From Thermoplasmatota archaeon (GTDB lineage Archaea > Thermoplasmatota > Thermoplasmata > SG8-5 > DAIRED01): 33,195 nt of DNA. Below the pieces are notes generated by a model. It made no database searches and was not told where the DNA came from. It worked only from the letters and a program-made list of their open reading frames with translations. Both the position numbers and the translations under genes were made by a program. The stretch covers positions 1-33,195 of the forward strand of contig DAIRED010000001.1 of assembly GCA_036795795.1 (NCBI GenBank). The letters run 5' to 3'. Below, one piece after another: positions 8,459 through 15,686 of this stretch. Each line of letters begins with the position of its first letter. The first letter of the stretch is position 1.

Positions 8459-8497
8459 TGTGCAGGCGGATTTCTCCGATTTGGCGACCAGCCGACT

Positions 8498-8848
8498 TCA
8501 GTAGTTATTTTTGTTCGGTATCAGGCACAGGAACTTCGTCGCTCCCTTGCCCGCCTGCCTGAACTGGTGCATGTCGTTCGCCGGCACGAAGATGAAGTCC
8601 CCCTGCTTGAAAGGCTCGTCGCCCTTGGCGGTCTTGAGAACGCCGTCGCCCTCGACGATGAAGACCTCGTGCTCCCAGTCGTGGCTGTGGTAGGGCGTGT
8701 AACCGCCTGGCTTCATCTCGAACAGGCGCATCGCGAAGTGCTGGGCGCCGTCCTTCTTCGTGATGAGCCAGCGTATCGTGATGTCCTTAGAGCCCTGCCC
8801 CGGGTCCTCGGCCTCGACGTCGGAGTAGTGCGCGTGCTTCACTTCCAT
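8498..8848 (-). CDS. Cupin-domain protein
   Basis: 116 aa. GGYTPYHSHDWEHEVFIVEGDG ... FVPANDMHQF matches cupin motifs 1 and 2. Its ATG lies inside the last codons of serA (10-nt overlap). Confidence 0.9.
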   Translation of the reverse strand: MEVKHAHYSDVEAEDPGQGSKDITIRWLITKKDGAQHFAMRLFEMKPGGYTPYHSHDWEHEVFIVEGDGVLKTAKGDEPFKQGDFIFVPANDMHQFRQAGKGATKFLCLIPNKNNY

Positions 8849-9783
8849 GCCTCCGGATTCACCATCGAGTCCGGTTTCGTTCCGTTAATGGCCTTGATGA
8901 CCTGCTCGGCGACCTGGACGCCCGCGCGCTCCTGGCCCTCCTTCGTCGATGCACCTATGTGCGGCGTGAAGACGATGTTGTCCAGCTTGGTCAGCGGGCT
9001 GTCGGCGAGCGGCTCCTTTGCGAAGACGTCCAGCGCGGCTCCGGCTATCTTCTTGTCCTTCAAAGCGTTGTAGAGCGCCGTCTCGTCGATTATGCCGCCG
9101 CGGGCGCAGTTGACGATGAACGCCGACGGCTTCATCTTGGCGAACTCCGCGACGCCAATCATCCCGCGGGTCTCGTCGGTGAGCATCGCGTGGATAGTTA
9201 TGAAATCGGATTCCCTCAGCAGGCGGTCCAGGTTGCACAGCTCGACGCCGACCTTCTGCGCCACGTCCGCTGGCAGGTATGGGTCGTAGGCGACGGTCTT
9301 CATCCCGAATGCCTTCGCGCGGACCGCCACCTCGGAGCCGATTCGCCCAGAGCCGACGAAGCCCAGCGTCTTGCCGAAGAGCTCGACGCCCTTGAGCTGC
9401 TTCTTCTCCCACTTCCCTCCGCGTATTCCCCTGTCCGCACGCGGCAGCGAACGGGCCAATGAAAGCATGTGCCCGATTGCCAGCTCGGCGACTGAGGTGG
9501 TGCTCGACCTGGGTGCGTTGACGACGACGATTCCCTTCGCCGTGGCGGCCTTGACGTCGATGTTGTCGACGCCTATCCCGGCGCGCCCGATGACCTTGAG
9601 CTTCGCAGCCCTGTCGATGACGTCCTTCGTGACCTTGGTGCGGGACCTGACGACCAGCGCCTCGTATTCGCCGATCTGCGCCAGAAGTTCCTCGGGCGTG
9701 AGCTCCGCGGCATTCACGTCGCCAGCGCCCTTCAGCAGCTCCACCCCTTCCTTTGCTATCGAGTCCGAAACGAGTATCTTCAT
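8839..9783 (-). CDS. serA: D-3-phosphoglycerate dehydrogenase / D-isomer-specific 2-hydroxyacid dehydrogenase (short form, no ACT domain)
   Basis: 314 aa with MKILVSD...ALVVRSRTKVT...VIGRAGIGVDNIDV, the NAD motif GFVGSGRIGSEVA, and the catalytic region NCARGG..DE and TPHIGAST. Confidence 0.88.
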   Translation of the reverse strand: MKILVSDSIAKEGVELLKGAGDVNAAELTPEELLAQIGEYEALVVRSRTKVTKDVIDRAAKLKVIGRAGIGVDNIDVKAATAKGIVVVNAPRSSTTSVAELAIGHMLSLARSLPRADRGIRGGKWEKKQLKGVELFGKTLGFVGSGRIGSEVAVRAKAFGMKTVAYDPYLPADVAQKVGVELCNLDRLLRESDFITIHAMLTDETRGMIGVAEFAKMKPSAFIVNCARGGIIDETALYNALKDKKIAGAALDVFAKEPLADSPLTKLDNIVFTPHIGASTKEGQERAGVQVAEQVIKAINGTKPDSMVNPEAWK

Positions 9784-9873
9784 GCACTCACCTAGCGGGT
9801 TAAACGCCTAGGGTGATTTAAACGGTTCGCCCGTTCCGCCGGGCGAGGGCAAAGTCAGATGGTTTGGCTCGTT

Positions 9874-11142
9874 TCAAACTCCGCCGATCATTCCATCCTT
9901 GCCGACGTCGAGGTGCGGCTTGTGCTTCGCGTGCTCGCGAATCTCCGCCTCGATGACCTTGGCCAGGCGCTCGACGCCCACCCGTATCATCTCGTCCGTG
10001 GGATGGGTGAAGTTCAGCCTCATCGCGTCGTGGCCGCCGTTGTTGGTGTAGAATGCCGTTCCGGGGACGTAGGCGACGTTGTTGGCTATCGCCCTGTTGA
10101 ACATCTCCGTCGTGTCGATGTAGTTCGGCACCGTGACCCAGCAGAACATCCCGCCATCCGGCTTCGTCCAGCTGACGCCCTCGGGCATGTAATCCTTCAG
10201 GGATTTCAGCATGATGTCCCTCTTCGTCCTATACAGCTTCTTGATGAGCTCGACGTGCTTGTCGACGAGGCCGCGGGCGAGGTACTCGTAGGATATGTAC
10301 TGACCGAGGGTGTTTGTGCACAGGTCAGTCGACTGCTTCGCAATGACCAGCTTCGAGGTTATCTCCTCGCTCGCTGTGAGCCATGCAACCCTCAGGCCGG
10401 GAGAGAGGATCTTCGAGAACGTGCTCATGTAGATGACGCGCCCCTCCTTGTCGAACGATTTCACGGGCCTCAGGTCGTCCCCCGAGTACCTGATGTCGCA
10501 GTACGGGTCGTCCTCGATGATGACCATGTCCAGCTCCGCGCAGATGTCGATTATCTTCTTCCTGCGGCTCTCCGGCGCCGTGACCCCCGTGGGGTTCTGG
10601 AACGTCGGGAGCATGTACAGCATCTTGAAGTTGCGGCCGTGCCTGTGCAGCTTCCAGAGCCTGTCCTCCAGGATGTCTGGAGGCATTCCCTCGCTGTCCA
10701 CGGGTATGGCCTCCATCTGCGCCTGGTACGAGGCGAACACGCCCGCACCGCCGAGGAAGGTCGGCGCCCCGCAGACGACCATGTCCCTGGGGTCGATGAA
10801 GACCTTGCTGACCAGGTCCAGGGCCTGCTGCGAGCCGCTGGTTATTATCGTGTTCTTTAAGTCGCAGTCTATAGACTTGCGCCTCATCCTCTCGACGAGC
10901 TGCTCCCTAAGTTCAGTTACGCCCTCGGTCGTGCCGTATTGCAGCACCTTGTCCGGGTCTCCCGAGAGAAGATCCTGGCAAATCGTCTTGACCTCTTCGA
11001 CCGGGAATGCCGCGGGGTTCGGCAGGCCGCCGGCGAAGAGCACGATGTCCTTTTGGTGTGTCAGCTTCAGCAGCTCCCTTATCATCGAAGCCTTCAAACC
11101 CCGCGCCCTCTCCGAAAACAGATGCTCGAAACCGTCGGCCAT
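9874..11142 (-). CDS. PLP-dependent aminotransferase, class I/II (2-aminoadipate/aromatic aminotransferase-like)
   Basis: The track ORF (544 aa) was trimmed to ATG 11142. MADGFEHLFSERARGLKASMIRELLKL...FAGGLPNP is a typical N-terminus. The PLP-lysine context is YMSTFSKILSPGLRVAW. 422 aa. Confidence 0.9.
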   Translation of the reverse strand: MADGFEHLFSERARGLKASMIRELLKLTHQKDIVLFAGGLPNPAAFPVEEVKTICQDLLSGDPDKVLQYGTTEGVTELREQLVERMRRKSIDCDLKNTIITSGSQQALDLVSKVFIDPRDMVVCGAPTFLGGAGVFASYQAQMEAIPVDSEGMPPDILEDRLWKLHRHGRNFKMLYMLPTFQNPTGVTAPESRRKKIIDICAELDMVIIEDDPYCDIRYSGDDLRPVKSFDKEGRVIYMSTFSKILSPGLRVAWLTASEEITSKLVIAKQSTDLCTNTLGQYISYEYLARGLVDKHVELIKKLYRTKRDIMLKSLKDYMPEGVSWTKPDGGMFCWVTVPNYIDTTEMFNRAIANNVAYVPGTAFYTNNGGHDAMRLNFTHPTDEMIRVGVERLAKVIEAEIREHAKHKPHLDVGKDGMIGGV

Positions 11143-11205
11143 TTTTTTCCCCCGACGGGCGCGTCCCCTTGTCGCCGCGCCCATGGGTGAATGCGCCCAT
11201 CGTGC

Positions 11206-11215
11206 AATATAATTT
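11206..11215 (+). promoter_or_regulatory. TATA-box-like element for the FMN-dependent dehydrogenase gene (short or no leader)
   Basis: aatataattt is centred about 32 nt upstream of ATG 11242, in the 99-nt divergent intergenic region. Confidence 0.35.
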
Positions 11216-11241
11216 GGGGTGCCCGGCTCGCGCAGTTTAAT

Positions 11242-12333
11242 ATGCCGCTCCGCGAATTCCTGCGCGGTGAGACCGTGCCGGACGACGCGCCGAGGGATTT
11301 GACTGAAGTGAGGAAGAGGGCGCAGGAGCGGATGCACGGTATATGCACCGCCAACAAGGTCTGCGACGGGGCTCCGCAGAGGGTGTGCCAGGGGCAGAAG
11401 TACGGCGCTGGAATCGGGTTCGGGGGCGCCGGAAAGGGGCTCTCGTTCGCCGCCAACGTGGATGCGCTGGACCGGGTAAAACTGAAGACCAGGCTCGTCT
11501 CCGCGCACGCGGAACCGGAGCTCGGAGCGGCGTACTTGGGCCGGAAGCTGGCGATGCCCGTCATGCCTTCCTCCCTGAGCGGCGTGAAGGCCAGCATGGG
11601 CGGGAGCATCAGCGAGCTGGAGTTCGCGCGCTCCGTCCTGAGGGGGGCTAAAGAAGCGGGGCTTCTAGGCTGGATTGGCAACACCGCCGACGATGGCGAG
11701 GAGTGCACCGGCATCGAGGCCGTTGCCTCTGTGGGAGTCGGCGTCACGATTTTCAAACCCCAGTCGAACGCTAAGCTCATCGAGCTCTTCAGCCTGGCCG
11801 AGAGGGCTGGCGCGGTCGCCGTCGGCGTCGACCTTGATGGCGTCGGGAGCACGAACTGGGACAAAGCCGGAAAGCCAGTCTACAGGAAATCCCCGAAAGA
11901 GCTGCGGGAGCTGGCCGACTCCACGGAGCTTCCGTTCGTCGCCAAGGGAATCATGTGCGTCGAGGACGCCCTGGCGGCGAAGGACGCCGGTGCCGATGCG
12001 ATTGACGTTTCCAACCACGGCGGCAGGGCGCTGGATTCGACCCTGGGCGTCGCCGACGTTCTGCCCGGAATCGCAAAGGCCGTCGGAGGAAAGCTCGCCG
12101 TGACCGCGGGCGGCGGCGTGCGGACAGGTTTCGACGTCCTGAAGATGCTGGCGCTGGGCGCCGACGCGGCGCTCGTGGGGCGGGACGTGGCCCGCGCCGC
12201 CATCGGCGGCGGCGCCGCTGGAGTCAGGATGCACTTCGAGTACCTCAGAGGCGACCTGCGCAGGGCGATGATGCTCACTGGCTGCAACTCGGTTGATGAT
12301 GTAGATGTACGTATCATTGAGCCTCCCCACTGA
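11242..12333 (+). CDS. FMN-dependent alpha-hydroxy-acid dehydrogenase/oxidase family TIM-barrel protein
   Basis: Trimmed to ATG 11242. It has the VSNHGGRALD motif and the glycine-rich FMN phosphate-binding segment TAGGGVRTGFDVLKMLALGADAALVGR. The N-terminus carries an extra Cys-containing segment (CTANKVCDGAPQRVC). Confidence 0.8.
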   Translation: MPLREFLRGETVPDDAPRDLTEVRKRAQERMHGICTANKVCDGAPQRVCQGQKYGAGIGFGGAGKGLSFAANVDALDRVKLKTRLVSAHAEPELGAAYLGRKLAMPVMPSSLSGVKASMGGSISELEFARSVLRGAKEAGLLGWIGNTADDGEECTGIEAVASVGVGVTIFKPQSNAKLIELFSLAERAGAVAVGVDLDGVGSTNWDKAGKPVYRKSPKELRELADSTELPFVAKGIMCVEDALAAKDAGADAIDVSNHGGRALDSTLGVADVLPGIAKAVGGKLAVTAGGGVRTGFDVLKMLALGADAALVGRDVARAAIGGGAAGVRMHFEYLRGDLRRAMMLTGCNSVDDVDVRIIEPPH

Positions 12334-12347
12334 CGGGGCTCCAGGGA

Positions 12348-13226
12348 TTGCCCGCGCATGTTTTATATGCCGCCAAACCGCTATCGTCGTCGAGGCAGGA
12401 TTTGGGCCAACCCGACATCAAGAGAAAGGTAGTCCTTCTGGGGGACAGCGCCGTCGGCAAGACGTCGCTCATCCGCAGGTTCGTCCAGGATTCGTTCGAC
12501 GACAGCTACATCTCCACCATCGGCGTGAAGATAACCAAGAAGGACGTCGAGGTGGCAAGGCCCGAAGGCAGCCTCGCCGTGACGATGATGATATGGGACA
12601 TCCTCGGCCAGCAAGGATACACGGGGACGCAGGCGATGAGCTACGTCGGGACGCAGGGAGCTATTTTCGTCGTCGATTTGACGAGGCCGGAGAGCCTCGA
12701 AAGCATCACGAAATACTGGCTTCCGGAGCTGTCAAAGGCGGTCGGAGAGGTGCCGCGCGTGCTGGTGGGCAATAAGGTCGACCTGCTCTCCGAGCGCAAG
12801 GTGACGGACGCCGACATCGCGCGCGTCGCATCGTCCATCGGAGCCGCGTGGTTCCTGTCTTCCGCAAAGACAGGGGAGGGCGTCGAACCGCTCTTCGCGA
12901 AGATGGCCGCCATCTCGTCGGCCGATTCCTGCAAAGGACCGAATGCCGAGAAACGCGGGGGGGCGCCTAGAGCCGTTCGCACCCTCACGGACGCGGCTGA
13001 CGAGGTGATGCTCGATTTCACCAGTTCCTTTGGCGACCAGGAGATAGCGATGGCGATGGTCCGGAGGCAGTTTGCCAAGGCGGGACTGGACATCTCCCAC
13101 CCGTCGAAACCGGCCCTCATGGAGTCCGTGCGCTTACTGGCCGAGGCCGAGCAGGGTTTCAAGTCTCCAGACGAGATACTTGCCAACCTCCACCGCAGAA
13201 GGGCAATCGTCGAGAAGTGCCAGTGA
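12348..13226 (+). CDS. Rab/Ras-like small GTPase with a ~100-aa C-terminal extension
   Basis: G1 is LLGDSAVGKTS (12441-12464), switch I is YISTIGV, G3 is WDILGQQ, G4 is GNKVDL and G5 is SSAKTG. Residues ~190-292 are an additional, mostly helical-looking region. The track start is TTG at 12348; TTG at 12402 fits better with the TATA-like ttttatat at 12361-12368. Confidence 0.85.
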   Translation: MPAHVLYAAKPLSSSRQDLGQPDIKRKVVLLGDSAVGKTSLIRRFVQDSFDDSYISTIGVKITKKDVEVARPEGSLAVTMMIWDILGQQGYTGTQAMSYVGTQGAIFVVDLTRPESLESITKYWLPELSKAVGEVPRVLVGNKVDLLSERKVTDADIARVASSIGAAWFLSSAKTGEGVEPLFAKMAAISSADSCKGPNAEKRGGAPRAVRTLTDAADEVMLDFTSSFGDQEIAMAMVRRQFAKAGLDISHPSKPALMESVRLLAEAEQGFKSPDEILANLHRRRAIVEKCQ

Positions 13227-13299
13227 GCCGGCGCAGCGGATGGGAGAGCGCGCTTCTTTATTCTAACGAAATTATTATTCAGCAGTAAATTCCCGCGCC

Positions 13300-14289
13300 T
13301 CAGCAGCCTTCGAACTTCAAACCCCGCTTGCGCAGCCTCGCCTCGAGCTTCTCCCACGTCGGCGGGTTGGTCTGGCACCCCTTCTCTTCCACGACGAAAC
13401 TCGCCGCGGCGGCGCCCGCCAGCGCGGAGTCGCGCAACCCCTTGCCCCGGTAGAGTCCCGCATAGAAACCGGCTCGGTATCCGTCCCCCGCACCTGTGGG
13501 ATCGACGAAGCGGTCCCCGGCGACAATCGGAATCTTGAAGGTGCCGTCGGCCGTCACGACCTCGCTGCCCTTCTTTCCCCTAGTCAGCACCAGAGTCGGG
13601 GCGTAATCCAGGAGGTCGGCCGTCCTGTGGAGGCCGAGGTACTTCAAGGCCCTCGCAGCCTCGCTCTCGTTGGCGAAGAATATGTTGGACCGCTCCAATA
13701 TCACTTCGAACATCTCCGGGGTGTAGACGTAGTGCAGCTCCTGTCCGGGGTCGAAGGAGACCTTCCGTCCCTTCTTCTTCGCGCGCGCTACGACCTTGGA
13801 ATAGTATTCCGGCCGGCCGGTGCAGATGTGGACGAAATCCGACGCATCGACTGAGTGCTTTGCAACCTCGAATGAGGCGGCGTCCTTCATCGGCCCCTGG
13901 TTGATGACCGCCACCTGGTCCTGGCCAGGCTCCGTCATTATCCAGCAAGTCGGCGTGGTGTAGCCTGGCACTGCCCTCAGGTCGGTCGAATCGACGCGCG
14001 CGCCGTCCAGCGCCTTCCGGAAGTCTGCGGGAAAGTCCTCGCCGACGAACGACGCGAGCGCAGCCGGGACTCCGAGGCACCCGGCGATGAAGGCTATGTT
14101 CGCCCCCGTGCCGCCACGGTAGGTGCGGTGGCTGGTGACCTCGATGGAAGTGTTGGGCTCGGGGAAGCGCGGGACCTCTATGATGTGGTCTATCGTGGTG
14201 TGGCCGAAGACGCCGACGAAGTTGGACGCGCGCGGCGGTTTGGGGATTGGCCCCGCCGCTGGCTTGGCGCGTTGCCTCTCCGCGGCCAC
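13300..14289 (-). CDS. PfkB-family carbohydrate/nucleoside kinase
   Basis: 329 aa with GGTGANIA and the C-terminal signature DPTGAGDGYRAGF. GTG start with a Pro/Ala-rich N-terminus, so the start is uncertain. It lies 29 nt downstream of ahcY on the same strand. Confidence 0.88.
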   Translation of the reverse strand: MAAERQRAKPAAGPIPKPPRASNFVGVFGHTTIDHIIEVPRFPEPNTSIEVTSHRTYRGGTGANIAFIAGCLGVPAALASFVGEDFPADFRKALDGARVDSTDLRAVPGYTTPTCWIMTEPGQDQVAVINQGPMKDAASFEVAKHSVDASDFVHICTGRPEYYSKVVARAKKKGRKVSFDPGQELHYVYTPEMFEVILERSNIFFANESEAARALKYLGLHRTADLLDYAPTLVLTRGKKGSEVVTADGTFKIPIVAGDRFVDPTGAGDGYRAGFYAGLYRGKGLRDSALAGAAAASFVVEEKGCQTNPPTWEKLEARLRKRGLKFEGC

Positions 14290-14318
14290 CGCGCTCCCGG
14301 CCTTCGCGCGCCTCCCGC

Positions 14319-15557
14319 TCAGGTCCCTTCCCTCCAGCTTCCCAGGTACTTCTTCTGCGCCTTGCTGAGCGAGTCGAGCTCTATCCCGTTCGCCTTCAGC
14401 GCCAGAAGCGCCACCCGGTCGTCCATCTCCTTCGGCACGTCGTAGACTCCCGGCTTCAGCTTCCTCCCGTTGACGGCCACGTGCTGGGCGCAGAGCGCCT
14501 GTATCGCGAAGCTCATGTCCATAATCTCGACGGGGTGGCCCTGGCCCGCGGCCAAGTTTACGAGCCGCCCCTCGGCCAGTAGGTACGCCTTCTTGCCGTC
14601 CTTGAACCTGTACTCGTCGACGAACTCGCGCACGCGACGAACCGATTTGGACATCTTGACGAGGTCAGTTTTCGAAACTTCGTTGTCGAAGTGGCCCGAG
14701 TTCGCCATGACGATGCCGTCCTTGGCAAGCCTGAGCTCGCGCTCGGTCACGATGTCCTTGCAGCCAGTCGCAGAGACGAGGAAGTCGGCCTTCGCAATCG
14801 CGCTCGCCATCGGCTCGACCTCGAATCCGTCCAGGTGCGCCTCGACGGCGCTGACCGGGTCCACCTCGCACACCGTGACGATGGCGCCCATGCCCCTCGC
14901 CCGCATGGCGATTCCGCGCCCGCACCAGCCGTAGCCGGCGACGACGAAGCGCCTGCCCGCGATGAGCAGGTTCGTGGCGTTGAGGATGCCGTCGAAGGTC
15001 GACTGGCCGGTCCCGTATCGGTTGTCGAAGAGGTGCTTCATCTTGGCGTTGTTCACTGCCATGACCGGGAATTTGAGGGCCCCTTCCTTGGCCATCGCCT
15101 CCAGCCTGATGATGCCGGTCGTGGTCTCCTCGTTCGCGCCGAGGATGCCATCCAGGAGCTCGGTGCGCTCAGTGTGCAGCAGAAAGATGAGGTCCGCGCC
15201 GTCGTCCACGACGATGTTCGGCTTGAGGTCCAGCACCTTGTGCAGGCTCTCGTAGTACTGCTCGTTCGTTTGCCACTTCTTGGCGTAGGTGTCCAGCTTG
15301 TGGTGCTTGTGGAGCGCAACGGCGACCGAGTCGTCGGTCGACAGCGGGTTGCAGCTGGTCAGGCGCACGGTGGCGCCCGCCTCCTTCAGGGTCAGTGCCA
15401 ACACGCCCGTCTTCGCCTCGACGTGCAGCGCCATGCCGACGCGCTTGCCCTTCAGAGACTTCTTCCTGACCATCTCCTCGCGCACGTTGGCCAGCACGTC
15501 CATGTGCGTCTTCGCCCATTCGAGTCGCAGCACCCCTCTCTGCATGAGGTCGTCCAT
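14319..15557 (-). CDS. ahcY: S-adenosyl-L-homocysteine hydrolase (adenosylhomocysteinase) family
   Basis: Canonical motifs are SCNPLSTDD, EETTTGI, NAKMKHLFDNRYGTGQS, the NAD motif VAGYGWCGRG, and GHFDNE. ATG 15557 is preceded by GGTG 7 nt upstream; the track start is GTG 15566. Confidence 0.95.
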   Translation of the reverse strand: MDDLMQRGVLRLEWAKTHMDVLANVREEMVRKKSLKGKRVGMALHVEAKTGVLALTLKEAGATVRLTSCNPLSTDDSVAVALHKHHKLDTYAKKWQTNEQYYESLHKVLDLKPNIVVDDGADLIFLLHTERTELLDGILGANEETTTGIIRLEAMAKEGALKFPVMAVNNAKMKHLFDNRYGTGQSTFDGILNATNLLIAGRRFVVAGYGWCGRGIAMRARGMGAIVTVCEVDPVSAVEAHLDGFEVEPMASAIAKADFLVSATGCKDIVTERELRLAKDGIVMANSGHFDNEVSKTDLVKMSKSVRRVREFVDEYRFKDGKKAYLLAEGRLVNLAAGQGHPVEIMDMSFAIQALCAQHVAVNGRKLKPGVYDVPKEMDDRVALLALKANGIELDSLSKAQKKYLGSWREGT

Positions 15558-15605
15558 AGGAGACACCTGAACGGTGGATAGGGGGGGAAGGGGAAAAAGG
15601 TTTTG

Positions 15606-15620
15606 GATATCAATGATATC
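15606..15620. repeat. 15-nt palindrome at the left edge of the AT-rich island (possible terminator of the island ORF and/or ahcY promoter element)
   Basis: gatatca-a-tgatatc has perfect 7-bp arms. On the minus strand it is followed by ccaaaaccttttt. It lies 66 nt past the stop of the 1046-aa ORF and about 50-60 nt upstream of the ahcY ATG. Confidence 0.4.
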
Positions 15621-15686
15621 ATTTTTTCCCCACTATCCGAATAAGGAATCGAACCGTTAATAATACTTCAGATGCAATCACCAGAT

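Noticed and set aside
9874-11508. N-terminal extensions of track ORFs: the aminotransferase to 11508, oppF to 23787, PPS to 21067, carbamate kinase from 5530, SBP to 31741, and the membrane proteins to 21231 and 21833.
   Set aside because: The extended parts are Arg/Pro-rich and overlap upstream genes. In each case an internal ATG or GTG with an SD-like or TATA-like context, or a 4-nt stop/start overlap, gives a protein with a canonical family N-terminus.
15645-15655. tRNA T-arm-like string ggaatcgaacc at the left island border, considered as a possible tRNA-fragment att site.
   Set aside because: The reverse complement (ggttcgattcc) has the T-loop flavour, but the flanking bases cannot form a 5-bp T-stem or an acceptor stem. 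No tRNA gene is present at either border.
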